The notes under the pieces are model-generated. The model was not told the DNA's origin, made no database searches, and saw only the letters and a program-made list of their open reading frames with translations. The position numbers and the translations under genes are program-made. From assembly GCA_038060895.1 (NCBI GenBank), contig JBBTCT010000017.1, positions 1-64,000 on the forward strand: DNA of 64,000 bases. Reading direction: 5' to 3'. This stretch comes from Planctomycetota bacterium (GTDB lineage: Bacteria; Planctomycetota; MHYJ01; WSZJ01). Shown here in pieces: positions 29,301 through 37,967 of this stretch; the stretch's first letter is position 1; the number at the start of each line of letters is the position of its first letter.

Positions 29301-32300
29301 TCACTCCCCCCGCGCCGCCGCCTTCTCTTTCCACATTCTTCTTGGATCCGGTCCGCCGTCGAGGTCCCGGCGCTTCCAGACAAGCCCGCCCGGCCCGGCG
29401 ATTTCCTCCAGGCGCGCGACGACTTCCGGCTGCGGCGCGAAGCGAAACTGCGATCCGGTGGAAAGCGTGACGCGGGACCCGTCCTCGGCGTGAATCTGGA
29501 AATAAAGCTCGCAGGACCCGGGGTAGGTGGTGACCGTCGTCCGCAGTCTCTCCAGCATGGCCTCGCTCGAATCCTTGAGCAGGATCAGCACTCTCTGCGA
29601 ACACACCTCGCGGACCTTGTCCACCGGGATGACCTCGCCGACCCGCAGGCTCGGCTCTTCCCGGTAGCGATCGACGCGTCCGCGAAGGAAGACGATCTTG
29701 TCCTCGGCGAGAAGTTCGCTGAAGCGCTCGAGTTCCTTCGGAAAGACGGTGGCCTCGATCGACCCGCTGAAGTCGCGCAGTTTGAGGCGCGCGATTTTCT
29801 TCCCGGCGTTCTGTCCGGCCTTGACGATCATCGAGGCGCACGACGTCAGGATTCCGCCGATCTGGACCTCGGCGCCCTCATCGAGCCCGCCGGCCGCGGA
29901 CGCCGTGCAGGTCGAGTAGGCCTTCAGGATGCTCGACCAGCGCGTGATCGGGTCGCTCGATACGTAGAACCCGAGGGTCTCCTTTTCGCCCTTCAGCAGG
30001 TCGTCCTCGTTCCACTCCGGAATCTCCGCCAGTTTCGGTTCCTGCGTCGGGCCGGCGCCGCCGAAGAGACCTCCCTGCCCTAGCTTCTTGTCGGACTGGT
30101 GCTGCTGGCCGACCCTGAGGGCGCGTTCGGCCACCTCGGAAAGCTGCGACCGCTTCGCGCCGAGCGACCGGAAAGCGCCGGCCTTGATGAGCGTCTCGAG
30201 CGAACCGCGGTCGAGGGTTTTCGGGTCCACGTTCTCGCAGAACTGGAAGATCCCCTTGAAGCGGCCGCCGACTTTCAGGCGAGCTGCGAGGGCCGAGTCC
30301 ACGAGTTTGTCCCCGATCCCCTTGATGGCGCCGAGGCCGAAGTGGATGCGGCCGCCGTGGACGGAGAACTCGAGTTCGCCTTCATTGACGTCGGGCGGAT
30401 CGACGGGGATGCCGAGGGCCTGGCACTCGTCGCGGAACTCGACAATCTTGTCGGTGTTTCCACGGTCGCAGGTCATCAGCGCAGCCATCATCTCGACCGG
30501 ATAATTCGCCTTGAGCCAGGCGGTCTGGTAGCTGACGAGGGCGTAAGCGGCGGAGTGCGACTTGTTGAAGCCGTATCCCGCGAAGAACACGATCTGTTCC
30601 CAGATGGCCTTGGCGACGTCTTCCTTGATTCCGTTCTTGCGGCAGCCGCTGATGAATCCTTCTTCGAACTTCTCCATCAGCTCTTTCTTCTTCTTGCCCA
30701 TCGCCTTTCGCAGCGAGTCGGCGTCAGGCAGCGAGAACCCTGCGACGCGGTTCGCGATCCGCATGACCTGCTCCTGGTACAGGATGACGCCGTACGTGTC
30801 GCGGAGAATCGGCTCGAGCGACGCGTGCAGGTAGGTCGGCTTCTCGCCGTGCTTGCACTTCACGTACTGCTGGTCCATGCCGCTCTGAAGCGGGCCGGGG
30901 CGGAAAAGCGCGAGGAGGGCGACGATGTCGTCGAAATTGTCGGGGCGGAGGCGGATGACGAGCTCGGTCATCCCGCTGGATTCGAGCTGGAAAATACCGC
31001 GGGTCTGGCCCTTCTGGAGGAGGTCGTACGTTTTCGGGTCCGCGAGCGGGATCGTCGCGAGGTCGACCTTTGTGCCGCAGGACTTCTCGACGAGCTTCAC
31101 GCACTTGTCGATGACGGTCAGCGTCTGCAGCCCGAGGAAGTCCATCTTGAGCAGGCCGAGCTCGCCCACGGCGTCCATCGAGAACATCGTCGACTCGATG
31201 TCTCCCATGCGGAACACCGGCACGCGCTCCGTGATCGGCTTGTCGCTGATGACGACCCCGGCCGCGTGAGTCGAGGCGTGGCGCGTCGCGCCCTCGAGCT
31301 TCATCGCAATGTCCACCAGCTCCTTCACGCGCGGGTCGGACTCGTACTCCTTCTTGAACTCCGGTTCCATCTCCAGCGCACGGGAGAGCTTCACGTGCAC
31401 GGGATTCGGCGCCTGCGGGTCGCGCGTCGGGATCCGCTTCGCTATCCGGTCTACTTCCACCAGCGGCATCGCGAGCGCACGCCCGACGTCGCGAAGCGCA
31501 GCCTTTGCCTGGAGCGTTCCGAACGTGATGATCTGGCACACGTGGTCCGCCCCGTACTTTCCGCGAACGTACTCCAGGACCTTCTCGCGCCCTTCCTGGC
31601 AGATGTCCACGTCGATATCCGGCAGCTCGTTGCGGCCCGGATTGAGAAAGCGCTCGAAGAGCAGGTCGTACTTCAGCGGGTCCAGTTCCGTGATCCCGAG
31701 CGAGTACGCCACGAGCGAACCGGCCGCGGAACCGCGACCCGGGCCGACGGGAATCCCGTGCGTCTTCGCGTAGTGGATGAAATCCCAGACGATCAGGAAG
31801 TAGCCGGCAAAACCCATCTTGTCGATCGTCTCGATCTCGAAATCCAGCCGCTGCCGGATCGTTTCGGTGACGACCTGGAAACGGCGCTTCAACCCCTCCT
31901 CGCACAGGCGCCGCATGTACTGGGTCGGCGTCGAGCCGTCCGGGATCGGGAACTTCGGCAGGTGCCGCGCCTTGAAGTCGAGCTCGATCCCGCAGCGCGA
32001 AGCGATGTCGGCCGTGACGTCCACCGCGCCGGGGAACTCCCTGAAAATCTCCCGCATCTCCGCTTCGGTCCGGAGGTAGAGCTGGTCCGTGGACATTTTC
32101 ATACGCCCGGGGTCGTTCACGGTCCGGTTCGTCCCGATGCAGATCAGCACGTCCTGCGCCTGCGCGTCCTCGCGCTTCACGTAGTGCACGTCGTTCGTCG
32201 CCACCAGCGGAACGCCGAGCTGGCCTGAGAATTTCGCGACCGACGAAGTGATCTGCCGCTCGAAATCCATCCCGTGGTCCTGGATCTCGAGGAAGAAACT

Positions 32301-32804
32301 GTCCTTCCCGAAGATGTCCCGGTATTCGCCGCAGGTCTTCAGCGCCATGTCTTCCTGGCCAGCCCGGATCTGGACGCTCGACTCCGAATTCGGGCAACCG
32401 CTGAACCCGATCAGCCCCTCGGAATGCGCGGCAAGCGTTTCCTTGTCGATCCGCGGCTTGTAATAGAAACCTTTCTGGTACGCGAGGCTCGCCAGCTTGA
32501 TCAGGTTGTGCCACCCCTTCTGGTTCCGACACAGGATCGTCAGGTGGTACGACGCCTTCCCGTTCCGCTGCTCGCGCTCCGTCATTTTCCCGGGCGCTAT
32601 GTACGCTTCGTACCCCAGGATCGGCCTGACCCCGTGCGCCGCCGCCTTCTTGTAGAACTCGACGGCCCCGAAGAGGTTTCCGTGGTCCGTCAAAGCGAGC
32701 GAGGTCTGCCCCGCCTTCTTCGCCGCCAGCAGCATGTCGTCGATCCGGGCGAGGCCGTCGAGAAGCGAGTACGACGAATGGCAGTGGAGGTGGGCGAAGG
32801 CCAT
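29301..32804 (-). CDS. dnaE: DNA polymerase III alpha subunit
   Basis: PHP HLHCHSSYSLLDG, GPGRGSAAGS, PDIDVD, LKMDFLGL, YGFNKSH; no intein. Confidence 0.97.
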   Translation of the reverse strand: MAFAHLHCHSSYSLLDGLARIDDMLLAAKKAGQTSLALTDHGNLFGAVEFYKKAAAHGVRPILGYEAYIAPGKMTEREQRNGKASYHLTILCRNQKGWHNLIKLASLAYQKGFYYKPRIDKETLAAHSEGLIGFSGCPNSESSVQIRAGQEDMALKTCGEYRDIFGKDSFFLEIQDHGMDFERQITSSVAKFSGQLGVPLVATNDVHYVKREDAQAQDVLICIGTNRTVNDPGRMKMSTDQLYLRTEAEMREIFREFPGAVDVTADIASRCGIELDFKARHLPKFPIPDGSTPTQYMRRLCEEGLKRRFQVVTETIRQRLDFEIETIDKMGFAGYFLIVWDFIHYAKTHGIPVGPGRGSAAGSLVAYSLGITELDPLKYDLLFERFLNPGRNELPDIDVDICQEGREKVLEYVRGKYGADHVCQIITFGTLQAKAALRDVGRALAMPLVEVDRIAKRIPTRDPQAPNPVHVKLSRALEMEPEFKKEYESDPRVKELVDIAMKLEGATRHASTHAAGVVISDKPITERVPVFRMGDIESTMFSMDAVGELGLLKMDFLGLQTLTVIDKCVKLVEKSCGTKVDLATIPLADPKTYDLLQKGQTRGIFQLESSGMTELVIRLRPDNFDDIVALLALFRPGPLQSGMDQQYVKCKHGEKPTYLHASLEPILRDTYGVILYQEQVMRIANRVAGFSLPDADSLRKAMGKKKKELMEKFEEGFISGCRKNGIKEDVAKAIWEQIVFFAGYGFNKSHSAAYALVSYQTAWLKANYPVEMMAALMTCDRGNTDKIVEFRDECQALGIPVDPPDVNEGELEFSVHGGRIHFGLGAIKGIGDKLVDSALAARLKVGGRFKGIFQFCENVDPKTLDRGSLETLIKAGAFRSLGAKRSQLSEVAERALRVGQQHQSDKKLGQGGLFGGAGPTQEPKLAEIPEWNEDDLLKGEKETLGFYVSSDPITRWSSILKAYSTCTASAAGGLDEGAEVQIGGILTSCASMIVKAGQNAGKKIARLKLRDFSGSIEATVFPKELERFSELLAEDKIVFLRGRVDRYREEPSLRVGEVIPVDKVREVCSQRVLILLKDSSEAMLERLRTTVTTYPGSCELYFQIHAEDGSRVTLSTGSQFRFAPQPEVVARLEEIAGPGGLVWKRRDLDGGPDPRRMWKEKAAARGE

Positions 32805-32875
32805 GGGGGGACTCGTTTTAGGCGTGTTTTAGGGCGAAGTCAGGCGAATGTTCGTGCGCGCGAGGAAGTCCCGGC

Positions 32876-32903
32876 ATTCTAGCGGTCGCGGGGTGGGGGT
32901 CAA
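32876..32903 (-). promoter_or_regulatory. Putative sigma70 promoter of dnaE
   Basis: TTGACC (32903-32898), 16 nt, TAGAAT (32881-32876) in the RT-dnaE gap. Confidence 0.6.
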
Positions 32904-32940
32904 AGAAGCGGGAGAATTGTCGCGATGCGTCAATACGCCG

Positions 32941-33999
32941 CTACCAGGCCACGCGGCGAAAATCAGCGAGCAGCTTTTCCCCCTTCGCCTTGTCGATCGC
33001 CCTCACTGCTTCAATGCGCCCCCTCACGCGCGAAGAGAATCCTTTTTCCTGGTTCCGGTTCGCCACCTGCGCTCCCTTCGTCCGCGCCTCGTGCAGCAGG
33101 GCGCGCAACGCCCTGGCTTCCTCGCGCGAGGGCGACAGTTTCGCGTTCACGGTGATTCCCGTCACGGTCTGCCGGCTCATGCGGCGCAGGAACCGGGTTT
33201 TCTCGCGAGCGATGGAGAATCCTTCGTCCCGGAGAATCCTCCGGATGACGCGGAGCGGGTCCTGCACGCCGAGGTTGGCCGCCTCGAATGAAAAGGTCAG
33301 GTCGTCGGCGTACCGCGAATAGCGCGCGCTGTACTTCCCCGCCAGGCCCGTGAGCCGCGCGTCCAGCCGCCGGCAGACGATGTTCGTCAGCGCCGGGGAG
33401 GTCGGCGCCCCCTGCGGCAGGCGCCCCTTGTGGCAGCAGAGCCTCCAGAGAAGCCGGGCGACTTCCTCCGGGTATCCCAGCGCCCGGAATTGCCCCGCCA
33501 CCCGGTTTCGCTTCACCTGCCAGAAGAAGTCCCGCAGGTCGAGTTTCACGACCAGCTTTCGAGCCACGTGCGGCATCGCGTTCGTACGTGGCGATCGTCC
33601 CTTGCAGAATCCGTGGGCCGCCGCTGAAGGCGCGACCTTCGAGAGAATCTCCCGGTGGATCACGCGCTGCACGGCACGCAGCTGTTTTTTGGGCGCTTCA
33701 ATCGTCCGATGTCCCCGCGCCTTGGGAATTTTCCACGTCGCGTAATGTCTCCCGCGTTCGCGGGCGAGCCAGGCGAGTTTTTCGGGGGCAAGCCTGAGCA
33801 AGTCAGCCAGCGCCGCAGCGGTTGAAATCGGCGGCAGCCCGGGCGCAAGCGGGCGAGGCGCGGCCTTCGGCGAGAACTTTCGCCGCGGCGCCGGCGATCC
33901 CGCGGGGAGCCCATGAGGAACCGCCGCCGGGCGGGCAGCACCCGCGGGCTGCCCTTTCACCGGATTGAACAGGTCCCTCAAGAAATCAAAGATTCCCAC
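32941..33999 (-). CDS. Retron-type reverse transcriptase
   Basis: AHGF, retron region X NAMPH (NAxxH), KLDLRDFF, LPQGAPTSP, YADD, region Y VTG; GTG start after AAGGGGG. Confidence 0.93.
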   Translation of the reverse strand: MGIFDFLRDLFNPVKGQPAGAARPAAVPHGLPAGSPAPRRKFSPKAAPRPLAPGLPPISTAAALADLLRLAPEKLAWLARERGRHYATWKIPKARGHRTIEAPKKQLRAVQRVIHREILSKVAPSAAAHGFCKGRSPRTNAMPHVARKLVVKLDLRDFFWQVKRNRVAGQFRALGYPEEVARLLWRLCCHKGRLPQGAPTSPALTNIVCRRLDARLTGLAGKYSARYSRYADDLTFSFEAANLGVQDPLRVIRRILRDEGFSIAREKTRFLRRMSRQTVTGITVNAKLSPSREEARALRALLHEARTKGAQVANRNQEKGFSSRVRGRIEAVRAIDKAKGEKLLADFRRVAW

Positions 34000-34029
34000 C
34001 GCACCCCCTTCCCCTGCGTTGCCCTTTTC

Positions 34030-34150
34030 CTTCCTTTTCGCGTCGTGACCTCGATTTCGTGCGGTTGGAGGGGACGGGGCGGAGGCGCGAAGCGCCGGCG
34101 GTCCGTCCCCGTAAACCGCACGAAATCGAGGTCACGATGCGAAAAGGAAG
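34030..34150. repeat. 121-nt hairpin between the retron ncRNA and the RT start
   Basis: 37-nt arms 34030-34066 and 34114-34150 (36/37), inner GGGGACGG/CCGTCCCC, apex GGCGC-GAA-GCGCC. Confidence 0.92.
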
Positions 34151-34348
34151 CGGCGGCGGCTTTACTGTCTCCCGGCGAAAAATGCGGCTCCGGCTTGCCG
34201 GAGCCCATTTATCGCGAACGCAGCCAACTCGGGGGACGAGCGCAGCGACCCCCCGTGTTGGCGTCCGTGATGCTGCCAGAATGCGCACGCGGCGGAACGC
34301 CGCGCCCTTCCTTGCGGAAGTTCGCTAAAGCTTGCGCCGCCGCTTCCC
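34146..34348 (-). ncRNA. Retron msr-msd ncRNA
   Basis: a2 34347-34326 pairs with a1 34164-34146 (13 bp + 6 bp, 3-nt bulge); branch G at 34325 in CUUUAGCGA; msr hairpins CUUCC-GCAA-GGAAG and GCGGCG-UUC-CGCCGC; msd hairpins 34175-34215 and 34223-34262. Confidence 0.8.
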
Positions 34349-34354
34349 GGAAGG

Positions 34355-34384
34355 ACGCTACCTTCAGCGGCGCGCGGCGGGCAA
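34355..34384 (-). promoter_or_regulatory. Putative sigma70 promoter of the retron
   Basis: TTGCCC (34384-34379), 18 nt, TAGCGT (34360-34355); predicted TSS about 34348, matching the 5' end of a2. Confidence 0.5.
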
Positions 34385-34493
34385 ACAAAACGAGGCGGCG
34401 GACCTGATCCGCGAGAATCGAGGGGACCCCGGCGGCGGAACTTACACTGGTCCCCGGGCGTCAGAGACCGGTCCTCCCAGGAGACCCGCACCA

Positions 34494-35873
34494 ATGCTCG
34501 CCGTCGTCCCCGCTTTCTTCGCCCCGCTGCAGTCGCTTCTCTCGTTCCTGCCGCAGATCGCCATCGCGCTTGCGGCGGCCGCGACGGCGATCTTCCGCCC
34601 CCAGGTGTACCGCTGGGCGTGGCACCAGGCGCAGGCACACCGGCTTGCGACGGCACTCGTCGCCGTGGCGGCAATCGGCGGTTCGACCGCAGCCGTGGCC
34701 TGGGGACGGTATCGCAACCCGCCGCCGCCTCCACCGACCGAAGAGCAGAAGCGTGAGGGCTGGTGGACTTTCCGCGGCAATGAGGCGCGCACCGGCGGTG
34801 ACGGCTCCGCGGTCCCGGGACCGGTCACGTCGATCTGGAAATACCGGGAATGGTCGGTTGACCGCAAACCCTTCGCCTCTTCGCCCGCCGTCTGGGCAGG
34901 GCGTGTCTACGTCGGGTGTGACAACAGCGTTCTCTATTGCTTCGACGCGGAGAAGGGCGGCGAATATCCGCTCTGGGTCTTCGCTGCGCGCTACAGCGTC
35001 TTCTCCTCTCCGTCGATTGCGAACGGGAAGGTGTACTTCGGCGAGGGGCTTCATCACAACACCGATGCCCGGGTCTACTGCGCGGACGCCGTGACCGGCC
35101 GGAAGATCTGGGACTTCAAGACCTCGAGCCACGTCGAGGACGCCCCCACGATTGCCGACGGCCGCTGCTGGTTCGGCGCCGGCGACGACGGGCTCTGGTG
35201 CCTCGACGCGGAGACGGGCGCGCCGATCTGGCAGGCGAAGGGGATGCACCTCGATTGCTCGCCGCTCCTTGTCAACGGCCTGCTCGTGGTCGGCGCCGGG
35301 TACGGAGAAACCGGGGTCGCCGCATTCGACGCGAAGGTCGGGACGCGGAAGTGGTTCACGAAACTCCCGGCGTCCTGCTGGGGACCGCCCGCGCTCGGGC
35401 CGCGGGGCGCCATTGTCGGGATCGGCAACGGAAACTTTCGAGACATCATCCCGGACGCGAAGGCTGAAATCCTCTGCCTCTCGCTCGACGGCGGCGGCAT
35501 CGCATGGCGCCTTCCCTTGAAGGGCGCCGTGCTCGCCGCCGCGCTCGTCTCGGGAGGCCGTGTCTACCTGGGCGACCAGAGCGGCGCCTTCTCGTGCGTG
35601 GACGCGAATACGGGCAAGCTCATCTGGGAACAGACTTGCGGCTACAGCGTGCACTCCAGTGCGGCCGTCGCCGGCGACTGCGTCGTCTACGGATGCGTCG
35701 GCGGCCATGTCCACGCCCGTCGCGCGTCCGACGGCGTTGAAACGTGGACCTACGACGCCCAGAACGACGGCTTCAACTACGACTGCTCCATCTCGTCGAG
35801 CCCCGCGGTCGTGAACGGACGCGTCTACATCGGATGCGATAATTTCTTCTTCTACTGCCTCGGGAAGAAATAG
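34494..35873 (+). CDS. Membrane-anchored PQQ-repeat beta-propeller (BamB-like) protein
   Basis: WWTFRGNEARTG, repeated SSP...GRVYVG...LYCFDA..G..W; hydrophobic N-terminus. Confidence 0.87.
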   Translation: MLAVVPAFFAPLQSLLSFLPQIAIALAAAATAIFRPQVYRWAWHQAQAHRLATALVAVAAIGGSTAAVAWGRYRNPPPPPPTEEQKREGWWTFRGNEARTGGDGSAVPGPVTSIWKYREWSVDRKPFASSPAVWAGRVYVGCDNSVLYCFDAEKGGEYPLWVFAARYSVFSSPSIANGKVYFGEGLHHNTDARVYCADAVTGRKIWDFKTSSHVEDAPTIADGRCWFGAGDDGLWCLDAETGAPIWQAKGMHLDCSPLLVNGLLVVGAGYGETGVAAFDAKVGTRKWFTKLPASCWGPPALGPRGAIVGIGNGNFRDIIPDAKAEILCLSLDGGGIAWRLPLKGAVLAAALVSGGRVYLGDQSGAFSCVDANTGKLIWEQTCGYSVHSSAAVAGDCVVYGCVGGHVHARRASDGVETWTYDAQNDGFNYDCSISSSPAVVNGRVYIGCDNFFFYCLGKK

Positions 35874-35892
35874 CGTTCCCGGCCCTCAACTC

Positions 35893-37878
35893 GTGCGCGC
35901 GATCCCCCTGGGCCTGCTGACTCCCGACGACGCCCGCTTCGCCGGCGGCAAAGCGCGCGGCCTGGACGCGCTCCTTAAGGCCGGCCTGTCCGTTCCTCGC
36001 GGTTGGGCCGTTCTCGAACCCGAATCCGACCCCGCACCCCTGCTCGAAGCCTGGCGCGCGGCCGGCTCGCCGCCGGTCGCCGTGCGCTCTTCCGCCGCCA
36101 TGGAGGACGGCGCCGCGGCGAGCTACGCCGGACAATTCCTGAGCCTGTTGGATGTGCGCAGCGAGCAGGTCCTGCGCGAAGCGCTCACCCGTGTCGCCGC
36201 TTCCCAGAAACAGCCCACCGCCTACGGCGGAAGCGCGGGGGTGGCGGCGGTGGTGGTGCAGGAGATGATCGAACCGGAGATGGCGGGAGTCGCGTTCGGC
36301 CGCGACCCCGCGACCGGCGAGGGCGTGGTAATCGAAGCGGTGCTCGGCCGCGGGGACGCGCTGGTCTCGGGGGCGGCGACGCCCGACCGGTTGCGCGTCG
36401 CCGGTGAAAAGCGCGAAGGCTCGACGCCGCTAGTCCGCGAGATGGAGCGCGAACTGCTGGGCCGGCTCGCCGGGCTGGAGAAGCTGTTCGGCGTCCCGCA
36501 GGACGTCGAGTGGGCGGTCCTGAAAGGCCGCCTCTGGCTGCTTCAGTCGCGTCCCGTGACGCCGACCGCGGCGATCCTGCTGTCCGACCTGCGGCGTTCT
36601 TCTCGCGAAGACACCTGCTGGTCGGCGGCGTATTCGCTGGCGGAGACCTGCCCGGCACCGACGCCGATGACCTGGGAATTCCTGAAGCGGATGATGTCGT
36701 GGGAGGGCGGCCTCGGGCGGGCGTACCGGCGGTTCGGTTTCTTCTTCCGGGAGGACGTGAAGCGGGACGGGTTCCTGCGCCTCTGCGGCGGGCGGCTCTA
36801 CGCGGATCTCGGGCTCGAAGCGGCCTCGTACTTCGGCGAATGGCCGCTGGCACACGATCTTGACGCGTTGCGTCAAAACCCCGCCCTGGCGGCGCGTCCG
36901 GAGCTGAAGCCGGACTGGAAACGCGCCTCCGCGGCCTTCTGGCTCAAGCTCCCCTGGTACTTCTGGAAACTCTCCTCCGCGCAGCGCCGCCTCACCGCGG
37001 CCCGGGCTTCCTTTCCCGCTGAATTCGCCGATTGGGAGCGGGCCGTCCGAACCCGCACCTCCCTCCGCGCCTCATCGCCCGCGCAGTTCCGCGAACGCTT
37101 TCGCAGGTGCACTGAGGACTCCGCCGAAATGGCGATCACCGCCTCCATACTCGCCTCGGCAGAGTGGGAGAGGACACCGGCGCCGAAGCGCGGCGACCTG
37201 CGAGCGTGGATGCCGTCGGATCTCGCCCACCGCGGTCCTGCGGAGATGGAGCTGGCCGAGCCGCGATGGCGCGAACGGCCGGAGGAACTGGAGCGCTTCC
37301 GGCGGGAAGCGCCCGCAGGACGCGACGCCGGCGGAATCTACGCGCTTCGCGAGCGCGGCAAAGACGCCCTGCTGCTCGAGACGGAAACGCTGCGGCTCGA
37401 CCTGCTGGAATTCGGCCGGGCCTCGGGCCTGGGAACCGATGTGTTTTTTCTTACGCCCGAGGAACTCGACCGCCCCGACCCCGCCCTTGCGGCCCGCCGC
37501 CGCCGCGAACGGGAATCCCTTCTCCGGATCCCGCTTCCCACGCTCGTGTTCTCCCGCGGCGCGACCGCGGCCCCGACTTCCGGCGCCGGGCTCTCCCCGG
37601 GAACGGCCGAGGGCGTTGCGTGGCTTCCAGCATCTCCGGCCGAGACGCCCCCCGCGGAGGCGGTCCTGGTCGTCGCTTCCCTCGATCCCTCCTGGACGCT
37701 GCTCTTCTCCCGCGTCCGGGCCGTCGTCAGCGGGCGCGGCGGCCTTCTCTCCCACGGCGCAATCGTCGCCCGGGAGCTGGGCGTGCCCTGCGTCCTGTGG
37801 CCCGAAGCGCTGGAACGCCTGGCCGCGGGAACGAGAGTGAAAGTCGATGGTGACCGCGGGACGGTGCATGTCACTTGA
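35893..37878 (+). CDS. PEP-synthase-like phosphotransferase (ATP-grasp + central domain + phospho-His swivel; RPH/PigC-like order)
   Basis: GGKARGL, VAVRSSA..ED...SYAGQF, VVVQEMI, PQDVEWA, LLQSRPVT, SHGAIVARE. Confidence 0.85.
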   Translation: MRAIPLGLLTPDDARFAGGKARGLDALLKAGLSVPRGWAVLEPESDPAPLLEAWRAAGSPPVAVRSSAAMEDGAAASYAGQFLSLLDVRSEQVLREALTRVAASQKQPTAYGGSAGVAAVVVQEMIEPEMAGVAFGRDPATGEGVVIEAVLGRGDALVSGAATPDRLRVAGEKREGSTPLVREMERELLGRLAGLEKLFGVPQDVEWAVLKGRLWLLQSRPVTPTAAILLSDLRRSSREDTCWSAAYSLAETCPAPTPMTWEFLKRMMSWEGGLGRAYRRFGFFFREDVKRDGFLRLCGGRLYADLGLEAASYFGEWPLAHDLDALRQNPALAARPELKPDWKRASAAFWLKLPWYFWKLSSAQRRLTAARASFPAEFADWERAVRTRTSLRASSPAQFRERFRRCTEDSAEMAITASILASAEWERTPAPKRGDLRAWMPSDLAHRGPAEMELAEPRWRERPEELERFRREAPAGRDAGGIYALRERGKDALLLETETLRLDLLEFGRASGLGTDVFFLTPEELDRPDPALAARRRRERESLLRIPLPTLVFSRGATAAPTSGAGLSPGTAEGVAWLPASPAETPPAEAVLVVASLDPSWTLLFSRVRAVVSGRGGLLSHGAIVARELGVPCVLWPEALERLAAGTRVKVDGDRGTVHVT

Positions 37879-37967
37879 GAACCATTTCCCTCCTGCCGCG
37901 CTTGACCGTATAGAATCCCGCCTCCCGGGCCGGGGGCGGACCGGTTCACCACTTCCAGGAACTCCTC

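Noticed and set aside
29301-32804. Intein in DnaE
   Set aside because: Normal length (1167 aa) with continuous motifs
32941-33999. RT as group II intron, DGR or CRISPR-associated RT
   Set aside because: Retron NAxxH and VTG motifs are present; I saw no maturase or endonuclease domain, intron domain V, TR/VR pair, avd or cas genes
34000-34150. The long hairpin as the canonical msd
   Set aside because: No convincing a1 partner in 34000-34029 (only 6-nt TTGCCC/GGGCAA, which overlaps the predicted -35); the strong a1/a2 pair excludes it. Kept as a separate finding
33913-34407. Short ORFs over the retron ncRNA (164, 76, 100 and 89 aa) as an effector
   Set aside because: No recognisable motifs; they are translations of the palindromes
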